Below are positions 16,723 to 24,056 of a DNA stretch of 42,585 nt, one piece after another (the stretch's first letter is position 1; each line of letters begins with the position of its first letter). Below the pieces are notes generated by a model. The model was not told the DNA's origin. It worked only from the letters and a program-made list of their open reading frames with translations, and searched no databases. This DNA is from an uncultured Bacteroidales bacterium (lineage in GTDB: Bacteria > Bacteroidota > Bacteroidia > Bacteroidales > UBA932), in NCBI GenBank assembly GCA_937901105.1, contig CALCHD010000096.1, positions 1 through 42,585 on the forward strand. The letters run 5' to 3'. Both the position numbers and the translations under genes were made by a program.

Positions 16723-16867
16723 CTTGCATTTATTACAAAAACTTTAAGATTATCTTTCATCCCGACAGATTATATCAATTATTGAACAATCTGTAAAACG
16801 GAGCAAACTTTCCGTCCTCTCCATCATTGTGAATCAATGTACTTGTGTGTCCAACATTGAAAGAGCG

Positions 16868-17680
16868 TCAATAACCGCGCATTACATTCAAATCCACACT
16901 ACCTGCCCCTCTTACCAGTGCCCGGTCGGTGAACTGCCAGAATTGCCATCCACCTACCGAAGGCCTTGAAACCTTGTAGTTGGCCACCCATATAGGATAA
17001 GCGGCAGTAATCTCAGGAGAAATGACATTATTCAAATAATGGGGATTTGCATACACTATGGGCTTGCGTCCATAGTGTTTTTCAATGGCTTTCAACCACT
17101 CAAGAGCCCGTCTGTTCAACTGTTCAACAGAACATCCGTCCATTTTCTCAATATCAAGTACAGGAGGGAAATCGTCGGGAGAAAGATTGCCTACATGAGA
17201 TATGAAATTCTCAACCTGCAAAGAGGCATCCTTTCCCGGACGGAAGAAATGGTAGGCACCTCTGCGCAAGCCGTATTTTGATGCCAGACGCCATCTTCTC
17301 CTGAACCTCCAATCCTTAAAACTCTCCCCTTCTGTAGCTTTCATGAAAACATAATCTACAGAATGCTCCTTAACACTCCTGCTTTTACGCCATACTGTCT
17401 TTCCATTCTCATCTACAAGAATCTTCAGCCTGCTCCATCTTATAACAGGCTGATGGTGTGATATGTCAATGCCATAACTCCACTTTCCCGACGGGAGTTT
17501 TACCCCTTCTGTCATCTGCTCCAGCCGGTCCACTACAAGATCCATTGAAAATGGAGCATCCAAATATTCCCTGCAGACTCTATCGGCATACCTGAATCCA
17601 AAATACATTGCAGTACACACCCCTGCAATCACTATCGTCCAAATTGTCTTTTTCATCAATTTCAAAATTACCTTAACCAT
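16868..17680 (-). CDS. membrane-anchored GH25 muramidase (lysozyme)
   Basis: N-terminal transmembrane helix, then GIDISHHQ...VDYVFMKATEG...RGAYHFFRP...PPVLDIE, which is the GH25 signature. An alternative start lies at 17656. Confidence 0.8.
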   Translation of the reverse strand: MVKVILKLMKKTIWTIVIAGVCTAMYFGFRYADRVCREYLDAPFSMDLVVDRLEQMTEGVKLPSGKWSYGIDISHHQPVIRWSRLKILVDENGKTVWRKSRSVKEHSVDYVFMKATEGESFKDWRFRRRWRLASKYGLRRGAYHFFRPGKDASLQVENFISHVGNLSPDDFPPVLDIEKMDGCSVEQLNRRALEWLKAIEKHYGRKPIVYANPHYLNNVISPEITAAYPIWVANYKVSRPSVGGWQFWQFTDRALVRGAGSVDLNVMRGY

Positions 17681-18231
17681 CCCTGTTTCAGATAAATAGT
17701 ATCATTTTCAATATTGACACTTATAAAACCTCCATCCCAATCCGGGACAAGAGACCCGTCTTCCATTTTTACCATCCTGTCACACATTCCATGCGTCCGG
17801 TCTACAGTATCTCTGTCGGGAAGAATATAATATCTGTAACAGGAATCAGTTAAACTCCAGTGGGTTGAATCCTCTTTGCATGCTTTGTCCAATTTCCTGA
17901 AGAAATCCTTATTGAAGCCATCATCAGGGACATATTTGTACTCATCCCACCATGCACAGGTAGGAAATCCTCCATCTTCAAAATAAACCGAGTCAACCAT
18001 GGTAATTTCAGGGAATATTACTCCTGTAAGCTTATAAAAATCCTCACCACTCCTATATATAGGAGATACAGCTTTTTCTCGGGAATAAACTGGTTTACCG
18101 GAATTGCTGTCAAAACAACTTATTACAAATAATACAACCACAAAAAAACACACAATAAATTTGAGAATAAGCAAAGGAATACATACACAAAGGACCAATG
18201 CTTTAAATATTTGTTTTAAAACTGATTTCAT
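17668..18231 (-). CDS. hypothetical membrane-anchored Cys-containing protein (~188 aa), no family recognised
   Basis: The ORF sits between the M23 and GH25 genes. I prefer the ATG at 18231 (MKSVLKQIFKALVLCVCIPLLILKFIVCFFVVVLFVISCF...) because the ORF-track start at 18312 overlaps the M23 gene. There is one N-terminal hydrophobic segment and then a soluble domain of about 140 aa. Confidence 0.55.
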   Translation of the reverse strand: MKSVLKQIFKALVLCVCIPLLILKFIVCFFVVVLFVISCFDSNSGKPVYSREKAVSPIYRSGEDFYKLTGVIFPEITMVDSVYFEDGGFPTCAWWDEYKYVPDDGFNKDFFRKLDKACKEDSTHWSLTDSCYRYYILPDRDTVDRTHGMCDRMVKMEDGSLVPDWDGGFISVNIENDTIYLKQGWLR

Positions 18232-18251
18232 ATCAAAAGTGTGTGAGATTA

Positions 18252-18800
18252 TTATTTGGTTGGCAGATGATCTGCCGGATCTAGCCAGAACATAAGTCTC
18301 CAGTTGAACCATACCGGAGGGTTGCAGGTTCCCTCATTCTGGAAAAGTCTCCATACATACGGGATTGGGGTGATTACACCATAATGGACATGCGCCGGGG
18401 TCTTTGCCGCATTTCCGCTTTTGCCAAGTGTTCCAATCTGCTCCTCAGGACGGACAAACTTGCCGGCCTTTGTATCTACTGTATGAAGATGCAGATACAT
18501 ATGAAGCCTCCATTTTGGTCCCAGAACCACTACTCCGTTACCGGCCTTGCCGCCATATTCACCGGCAAAAAGGACTATGCCACCGGTTTGTGAAACCACT
18601 TTTGTTCCAACTTTACCAAAAATATCCACACCAGTATGCGGATGGCCGGCCTCGCCCCTTGTCCATGGCCAGTGCCAGAAACTCTGATGATTGTAATCGG
18701 ATGGCCTGCAGCAAGGCATTGCTTTTCTTTCAGGAATCAGGTATCCTGCAAGCAGCACCAAAGACAGTGCTGCAAATGTGATTCTAAAAAACTTTTTCAT
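18252..18800 (-). CDS. secreted M23-family peptidoglycan metalloendopeptidase
   Basis: Signal peptide, HxxxD (HTGVDIF) and HxH (HVHYGV) zinc ligands, and GTLGKSGN. Confidence 0.85.
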   Translation of the reverse strand: MKKFFRITFAALSLVLLAGYLIPERKAMPCCRPSDYNHQSFWHWPWTRGEAGHPHTGVDIFGKVGTKVVSQTGGIVLFAGEYGGKAGNGVVVLGPKWRLHMYLHLHTVDTKAGKFVRPEEQIGTLGKSGNAAKTPAHVHYGVITPIPYVWRLFQNEGTCNPPVWFNWRLMFWLDPADHLPTK

Positions 18801-18874
18801 ATGCTTTCATCATTTGGTTTGTATTATAATGTCGGCATAAGGGCATATACAACCGCAAAAATCCAAAAAAATAT

Positions 18875-18882
18875 TATATTTG
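18875..18882 (+). promoter_or_regulatory. -7 promoter motif TATATTTG for the DUF4491/phosphoesterase pair
   Basis: Matches TAnnTTTG but lies only 7 nt upstream of the ATG at 18890, which would imply a near-leaderless mRNA. Confidence 0.35.
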
Positions 18883-18889
18883 TTGAATC

Positions 18890-19177
18890 ATGAACTATAC
18901 CGGACTGCTTGTAGGCCTTTCAACATTTCTGATTATAGGCCTTTTTCATCCGCTGGTAATTAAGGCGGAATATTACCTTGGAGTAAAGAGCTGGTGGCTG
19001 TTTGCCATAGCTGGAGTTATATTTTCCATCCTGTCACTCATTGCGGCCAATATGATCTGGTCCACCATTCTGGGGGTAACCGCATTTTCTTCCTTCTGGA
19101 GCATACTGGAAGTGTACGAACAAAAGCAGAGAGTAAAGAAAGGGTGGTTCCCTAAAGGCCCGGGGCACGACAAATAG
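18890..19177 (+). CDS. small DUF4491-like membrane protein
   Basis: 95 aa with 3 hydrophobic helices. FHPLVIKAEYY...SFWSI.E..EQ.QRVKKGWFP matches my recollection of DUF4491. Confidence 0.65.
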   Translation: MNYTGLLVGLSTFLIIGLFHPLVIKAEYYLGVKSWWLFAIAGVIFSILSLIAANMIWSTILGVTAFSSFWSILEVYEQKQRVKKGWFPKGPGHDK

Positions 19178-19180
19178 AAT

Positions 19181-20170
19181 ATGGTGAAATTCATGTTCAT
19201 AGTCTCGCTCATTGCAGGCCTGCTCCTGGCGCTGGTCCCTAATCTGCTATGGATTGTCGGGAAGATAATTGGCATTTTTGCCAAGTACAGGCTCCCCTAT
19301 GCACCGTTCGGATACACAGCACTTGGCCTGGCACTGCTGCTGTGGGGTATTGTTGCATACGGCTATAATATAGGGCGCTGGAGGCTGGATGTAAACCATC
19401 TGGAATATTCCCATCCGGAAATTCCTGAAGCATTCAAAGGATTCAAGATTGTGCACATTTCAGACCTGCACCTTTCAACTTTTGACGGCCACCCCGAGAA
19501 GCTGCAACGCATCATAAACACCATCAATGCCCAGCACGCAGACCTTATCTGCTTTACCGGCGATATGGTTACCATAGGGACCCAAGAGGCTGAGCCATAC
19601 ACAGATATGCTGCAGACTCTGCAATCAGAATACGGAGTTGCATCAGTAATGGGCAACCACGATTTCCTCATCTACGGCAACCGCTTTGGAGGAGATTCCA
19701 CAGCACACGCAGCTGCAGTGGAAGCATTTGCAGCCTACCAGAGAGACGCCCTTGGCTGGCACCTGTTGCGCAACTCTTTCATCCCGATAATAAAAGATTC
19801 AGCTAAAATGACAATCCTTGGAGTAGACAACAAAAGCTGCACCAACCAGGGGTTCAGAAGCACCAACACAGGAGACTTAACTGCCGCAATGGCAGGGACA
19901 TACGGATTCCGGATACTCCTCTCCCATGACCCTACCCATTGGGCAGCAGAGGTAGTGCCTCAAACCGACATTCCGCTTACCCTATCAGGCCACACCCACG
20001 CAGCCCAGATAAAGATCTTTGGATATACCCCAGCCTCTTGGGCCTTTGAACACACCCACGGCCTGTATGAACAGGACGGACAGTCACTTTACATCAACAT
20101 AGGACTTGGATGTACTGCACCATTCAGATTAGGCGCATCTCCGGAAATAACTGTAATTACGTTAAGATAA
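19181..20170 (+). CDS. membrane-anchored calcineurin-like metallophosphoesterase
   Basis: Two N-terminal transmembrane helices, then the full motif set: HISDLH, GDMV, GNHD, SHDP and GHTH. Confidence 0.85.
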   Translation: MVKFMFIVSLIAGLLLALVPNLLWIVGKIIGIFAKYRLPYAPFGYTALGLALLLWGIVAYGYNIGRWRLDVNHLEYSHPEIPEAFKGFKIVHISDLHLSTFDGHPEKLQRIINTINAQHADLICFTGDMVTIGTQEAEPYTDMLQTLQSEYGVASVMGNHDFLIYGNRFGGDSTAHAAAVEAFAAYQRDALGWHLLRNSFIPIIKDSAKMTILGVDNKSCTNQGFRSTNTGDLTAAMAGTYGFRILLSHDPTHWAAEVVPQTDIPLTLSGHTHAAQIKIFGYTPASWAFEHTHGLYEQDGQSLYINIGLGCTAPFRLGASPEITVITLR

Positions 20171-20173
20171 GCT

Positions 20174-20929
20174 TTACTGCTCCACCCAGAAATTCCCCAA
20201 TCCGTCCCTGCAGATTGTATCCCCTTCGTTCACCGTAAGGAATCCGTCGGGAACAATAAGGGAAAGCATTGAGAATCCCATGCAGATGTATGGGGCAAGG
20301 ATTTTGTCTCCACAGAACTCTTGTACCTGTGGGTAATTTAGGCCGGTGTAGAGGATCTTGTCCTCAGCCTGCAAATGGGTGCACTGCATATGGTGCATTT
20401 TATGGCCAAAGAAGAGCTTTTCACCAACCGGCTTAAATCCACATTCTGAATATAGAGAAGATGCTTGAGAATTCTCAAAATCCACCATAAGGCCAACTTT
20501 TCCGCTGCCAAGGGCAAGGCCTTTGCCTGTCATGGCCATAAGAAGGCGTTTACCTATACCATTACCACGGAACTGCGGAAATACAGATATTGAATCAAGA
20601 TAGAACTCCCCTGCCTGTGTTTCATCATCAGCAACGGATACATAAGGGTTGAACTTCCTGATGACAGAAAGTGTTGCTGCACGCAAAGACTCCAACAAAG
20701 CTCCGTCATAACCCACAGCTGCACCTGCAGGAACTCCGTCCAGCTCTGCTATCAAAGCATTCCTGTAGCTGTACTGTGTATCCTCTGCAGATGCTGCCGC
20801 CGCAAGCGCTTTCAGATAATCGGCACCGCAATACTTTACCACAACCTCTTCACCAATTGCCATTGCAACAGCCTGTGCAATTACCGGCGCATCATTTACA
20901 GATGCAGGCCTTATTTTTATACCGTTCAT
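20174..20929 (-). CDS. GNAT-family N-acetyltransferase with an extra ~70-aa C-terminal domain
   Basis: The acetyl-CoA loop QFRGNGIGKRLL is present. The GNAT fold ends near residue 180, followed by an unrecognised Cys-containing tail. Confidence 0.8.
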   Translation of the reverse strand: MNGIKIRPASVNDAPVIAQAVAMAIGEEVVVKYCGADYLKALAAAASAEDTQYSYRNALIAELDGVPAGAAVGYDGALLESLRAATLSVIRKFNPYVSVADDETQAGEFYLDSISVFPQFRGNGIGKRLLMAMTGKGLALGSGKVGLMVDFENSQASSLYSECGFKPVGEKLFFGHKMHHMQCTHLQAEDKILYTGLNYPQVQEFCGDKILAPYICMGFSMLSLIVPDGFLTVNEGDTICRDGLGNFWVEQ

Positions 20930-20940
20930 TTCTGCAATAT

Positions 20941-21879
20941 TTAAATAAAGAACAATGAGACCCCCGCCACACTTATCACCGCACCTATAACCTCCTTAAG
21001 GGTTACCTTCTGGCCAAAAACTATATGTGCCGGCCACAGAATAAACACGGGTGTAAGGGCCATGAGCGTTGATGCAATGCCGGCCTCTGTATAGCGCACC
21101 GCCATAAGCGAAAGGGAAACGCCAATGAACGGACCTGTAACTGTAGCCCATAATGCGGCATTCATCCCATTACGGTCCTTAACTGCCACCGCAAGCGTAC
21201 CAAGCTTCTTCTGGAATATCATCACGCCAAGGAATCCAAGGGCTCCGGTAACGGCCCTAATGAAAGTGGATGCAAAGGGGAGCATATTTGCCACATCTGT
21301 CTCTGCCGCTGGAATAGCAGCCTCATAGAAATTCATTCCAACCTTGCTCAACACAAGCCCTATTCCCTGCCCTATACCTGCACCTATACCAAACAGCACA
21401 CCTTTCAGAGGCAATTTCAGCGACAGTTTTCCATTACCGTCAGAACCTCCCTTATTCAACACAGATATGCCAATTCCAGTTAGGGTTACCAGCATTCCAA
21501 GGACGCCCTGCAGCTGCATCTTCTCCCCTAGAATGATCCATCCGGCAATGGCAGCCGTAGGTGGCGCGAGAGTCATGAACAGCTGCCCGAACCTTGATCC
21601 TATAATGACATAGGAATTGAAAAGGCAGTAATCCCCCAACAGATATCCTACAAATCCCGACAGCGACAGCCAAAGCCACGCCTTGCCGCCGGCAAACATA
21701 GGGAACGGTGAACCGGTAAAGCACCACAGCGTAATCCCAAGCATAACCAATGAAAGGAACATCCTCACAACATTCAGCTGCAAGGAGCCCAGCCTCTTGC
21801 TTCCAATCTCTGCAAAAAGGGCTGTAACAGTCCACGAACACGCTACAACAAGGGAAATCAGTTCACCTAAATACTGCAT
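20941..21879 (-). CDS. DMT-superfamily (EamA-type) transporter
   Basis: 312 aa with 10 predicted transmembrane helices arranged as two EamA-like halves. Confidence 0.85.
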   Translation of the reverse strand: MQYLGELISLVVACSWTVTALFAEIGSKRLGSLQLNVVRMFLSLVMLGITLWCFTGSPFPMFAGGKAWLWLSLSGFVGYLLGDYCLFNSYVIIGSRFGQLFMTLAPPTAAIAGWIILGEKMQLQGVLGMLVTLTGIGISVLNKGGSDGNGKLSLKLPLKGVLFGIGAGIGQGIGLVLSKVGMNFYEAAIPAAETDVANMLPFASTFIRAVTGALGFLGVMIFQKKLGTLAVAVKDRNGMNAALWATVTGPFIGVSLSLMAVRYTEAGIASTLMALTPVFILWPAHIVFGQKVTLKEVIGAVISVAGVSLFFI

Positions 21880-21882
21880 AGC

Positions 21883-23271
21883 TTATACAAGAACCAAGAA
21901 TCCAAGAATAACTATAATTGCCACCACAAAAAGGTCTATCAGGCAATAGCCCATAATATCCTTTGCATTAAGCTTTGCAATAGCAAGGGCAGGAAGTGCC
22001 CAGAACGGCTGGATAAGGTTTGTCCACGCATCTCCATAAGCGATTGCCATACCGGTAACAGAAGGATCTACACCAAGCTGTACACCCGCAGGGAGCATGA
22101 TTGGAGCCTGTACTGCCCACTGGCCTCCACCGCTAGGTACAAACACATTCACAATACCTGCGCTCAAGAAGCTCAACATAGGGAATGTCTTCTCGTTGGA
22201 AATGGCCACACACGCCTCACTAATCTGTCCGGCAAGGGAGATTCCTTCCGCAGAGACTGAAGTCATAATGCCCATAATGCCTGCATAAAAAGGGAACTGC
22301 AGCAGAATGCCAGCAGAAGATGAAGCAGCCTTGTTCACAGCCTTCACATACTTTATAGGGGTCTTGTGAAGCACAATGCCAAGGAACATGAACAGCATGA
22401 TCACATTGTTCAAATCCAGTGTGCCATCTTTCAACACAATTTTAATGAACAGATAACCCAAACCCAACAATGCTGTTATTCCCGACAGCAACATACTATT
22501 GTTCAGCTTTTCAGATGGAGTCAGCTTCCACTCAATCTGGCACTCCTTCTCTCCAATTGCCCCACAAAGCTCCCTCTCCTGAAGGTCCTCCTCCTCGCCC
22601 AACAATGCAGGGTCAACTGTGAAAGTTTTGTCGGGAGCAGGATGCATGATTGTATTTACTACAGTAAGGGCAACTATTATTGCAAAAGCAATGATAAGGT
22701 TATATGTTGCAAAAATTGTCTGCGAAATAGGAATGGCAGAAGTAATAGTACCTCTTGACACTTCAATCAGAGATGCTCCATCAGTTGCCATTGCCAATGG
22801 AATGGATGCAGAAAGGCCGGAATGCCATACCACAAAACCGCTGTATGCAGAAGCAATCAGAAGCCTGTAGTCCACACCTTTAACTGCTCGGGCGATTTCC
22901 TTTGCAAAGATAGCGCCTACAATAAGTCCAAATCCCCAGTTGATCCAGCAAGCAATTGAAGAAACCAATGTTACTGTAGTAATTGCAGCAGCAGGAGTTT
23001 TGGGGAATGCAGCCATTTTGCGCAAACCCTTTTTCACTAGCGGAGCATCAGCAAGTGCAGATCCGCACACAAGCACCAATGCCATCTGCATAGAAAAAGC
23101 CAGCAGGCTCCATACTCCTCCGCCCCAGTTCTCAACAACCTCCAGCGGTGTCTGGCCTGTAGACAGCATAGCGGCAACTGCCGCAACAATAGTAAGAATA
23201 ATTGCAAATACAAACGGGTCGGGAAGATACTTCCTTATAAGCTTCACCGACAAATCTATCAATTTCTGCAT
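21883..23271 (-). CDS. atoE: short-chain fatty acid transporter
   Basis: It aligns by eye along its length with E. coli AtoE (..YLPDPFVFAI.., ..WGGGVWSLLAFSMQMALVLV.., QFPFYAGIMG, VPSGGGQW, QPFWALPALAIA). I prefer the ATG at 23271 (MQKLIDLSV...) to the ORF-track start at 23355. Confidence 0.9.
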   Translation of the reverse strand: MQKLIDLSVKLIRKYLPDPFVFAIILTIVAAVAAMLSTGQTPLEVVENWGGGVWSLLAFSMQMALVLVCGSALADAPLVKKGLRKMAAFPKTPAAAITTVTLVSSIACWINWGFGLIVGAIFAKEIARAVKGVDYRLLIASAYSGFVVWHSGLSASIPLAMATDGASLIEVSRGTITSAIPISQTIFATYNLIIAFAIIVALTVVNTIMHPAPDKTFTVDPALLGEEEDLQERELCGAIGEKECQIEWKLTPSEKLNNSMLLSGITALLGLGYLFIKIVLKDGTLDLNNVIMLFMFLGIVLHKTPIKYVKAVNKAASSSAGILLQFPFYAGIMGIMTSVSAEGISLAGQISEACVAISNEKTFPMLSFLSAGIVNVFVPSGGGQWAVQAPIMLPAGVQLGVDPSVTGMAIAYGDAWTNLIQPFWALPALAIAKLNAKDIMGYCLIDLFVVAIIVILGFLVLV

Positions 23272-23299
23272 AGTTTCTATTTTCAAGTTAAATTGCACA

Positions 23300-23307
23300 C
23301 AAAAGTA
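23300..23307 (-). promoter_or_regulatory. -7 promoter motif TACTTTTG (minus strand) for atoE-eamA-GNAT
   Basis: Plus-strand CAAAAGTA sits 29 nt upstream of the ATG at 23271. Confidence 0.45.
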
Positions 23308-23351
23308 CAAAAAAACCACCACCACTACTCCAAAATATCCATGTTCTCCCG

Positions 23352-23522
23352 CCATTTCCAGGACAAAACCCCTCGCCCAACCCCAAATGTCCTAGAAAAC
23401 GCCACAAAACCGGGACAAATCCCCTCGCAAACCAAAAACATCCCGGAAACCACCCCATTTCCAGGACAAAACCCGTCACCCAAACCAAAATGTCCTAGAA
23501 AACGCCACAAAACCGGGACAAA
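23352..23522. repeat. A/C-rich (plus strand) tandem repeat: two 68-bp copies at a 103-bp period, built from ~35-bp subunits with GGACA...TGTCC ends
   Basis: 23352-23419 and 23455-23522 match at 64 of 68 positions (CCATTTCCAGGACAAAACCC.TC.CCCAA.CC.AAATGTCCTAGAAAACGCCACAAAACCGGGACAAA). A related subunit, CCGGGACAAATCCCCTCGCAAACCAAAAACATCCCGG, lies between them. Confidence 0.85.
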
Positions 23523-23549
23523 AAAGAGCAACCCATTAAGATGGATTGC
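23520..23549 (-). terminator. intrinsic terminator after the His-rich lipoprotein gene
   Basis: Minus-strand RNA GCAAUCCAU-CUUA-AUGGGUUGC (9 bp including one G-U pair), followed by UCUUUUUU. Confidence 0.6.
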
Positions 23550-23573
23550 CCTCATATCTATATTGCTTTAAAA

Positions 23574-23945
23574 TTACTGTGCCTGTTCAGCAGCAGCTTT
23601 CTTTGCAGCAGCCTCTTTGCATGCATCGCACTGTTTCTCTGCAGGCTGGTTGCACTCACCAGTCTCATGATTGCACTTGTGCTCACCCTCATGATTGTGG
23701 TTGCACTCATGTTTTGTTGAGTCGGCAGCATGGTTGTGATTGCACTCATGTTTTGTAGAATCTGCAGCATGGTTGCATTTGTGCTCACCCTCGTGATTAT
23801 GTCCACACTCATGACCCTCACCGTGATTATGATTACAAACGTGCTCCTGAGCCTTGGTTTCAACAGCTGCACCATTGTTTGAATTTGAATTGCCGCATGC
23901 AGCGAATGCAAATGCTACAGCAGCCATAAGCAATAGTTTTTTCAT
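23574..23945 (-). CDS. His/Cys-rich repeat lipoprotein, putative metal-binding protein
   Basis: Start at the ATG at 23945, MKKLLLMAAVAFAFAAC, which is a lipobox. The mature part has about 16 His and 9 Cys in roughly 105 residues, including six H-x-C-x-H units and the exact repeat HECNHNHAADSTK twice. The C-terminus is Ala/Lys-rich and probably helical. Confidence 0.7.
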   Translation of the reverse strand: MKKLLLMAAVAFAFAACGNSNSNNGAAVETKAQEHVCNHNHGEGHECGHNHEGEHKCNHAADSTKHECNHNHAADSTKHECNHNHEGEHKCNHETGECNQPAEKQCDACKEAAAKKAAAEQAQ

Positions 23946-23984
23946 ATGAATATTGTTTAAATTTAATAAGTTCAACAACTGTCA

Positions 23985-23992
23985 CAAATCTA
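23985..23992 (-). promoter_or_regulatory. -7 promoter motif TAGATTTG (minus strand) for the His-rich lipoprotein gene
   Basis: Plus-strand CAAATCTA lies 40 nt upstream of the ATG at 23945 and immediately downstream of the etfA terminator. Confidence 0.45.
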
Positions 23993-23994
23993 CT

Positions 23995-24026
23995 AAAAAA
24001 AAGGGAGCAGCCAAACAGCTGCTCCC
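23995..24026 (-). terminator. strong intrinsic terminator ending the lysine-fermentation operon after etfA
   Basis: GGGAGCAGC (24003-24011) pairs with GCTGCTCCC (24018-26) across a 6-nt loop. The minus-strand U-run corresponds to the plus-strand A8 at 23995-24002. Confidence 0.85.
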
Positions 24027-24056
24027 CAAAATATCTAAATACAATTATATATCAGA

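Noticed and set aside
16868-18800. M23 plus GH25 as a prophage lysis cassette or mobile element remnant.
   Set aside because: No holin-like small multi-transmembrane gene, integrase, capsid, tail or terminase genes are present. There are no att-like flanking repeats, and the flanking genes are housekeeping. Both hydrolases carry their own export signals.
20168-20176. Convergent stop codons of the metallophosphoesterase (+) and GNAT (-) genes only 3 nt apart, with no terminator hairpin.
   Set aside because: It is real in the sequence, but compact convergent ends are common. Nothing beyond tight packing can be inferred without transcript data.
23352-23522. Possible miniature CRISPR array, given regularly spaced repeats.
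   Set aside because: There are only 2 to 4 units. The 17-nt 'spacers' are themselves repeated (TAGAAAACGCCACAAAA occurs twice). The repeats are degenerate, and no cas genes or leader are present.
23288-23571. Three overlapping 66-92-aa ORFs on both strands between atoE and the His-rich lipoprotein gene.
   Set aside because: They are read-through of the A/C-rich tandem repeat. This gives low-complexity P/K/T/N or G/F/W-rich translations, and the same DNA yields ORFs on both strands. A terminator and a promoter motif account for the region better.
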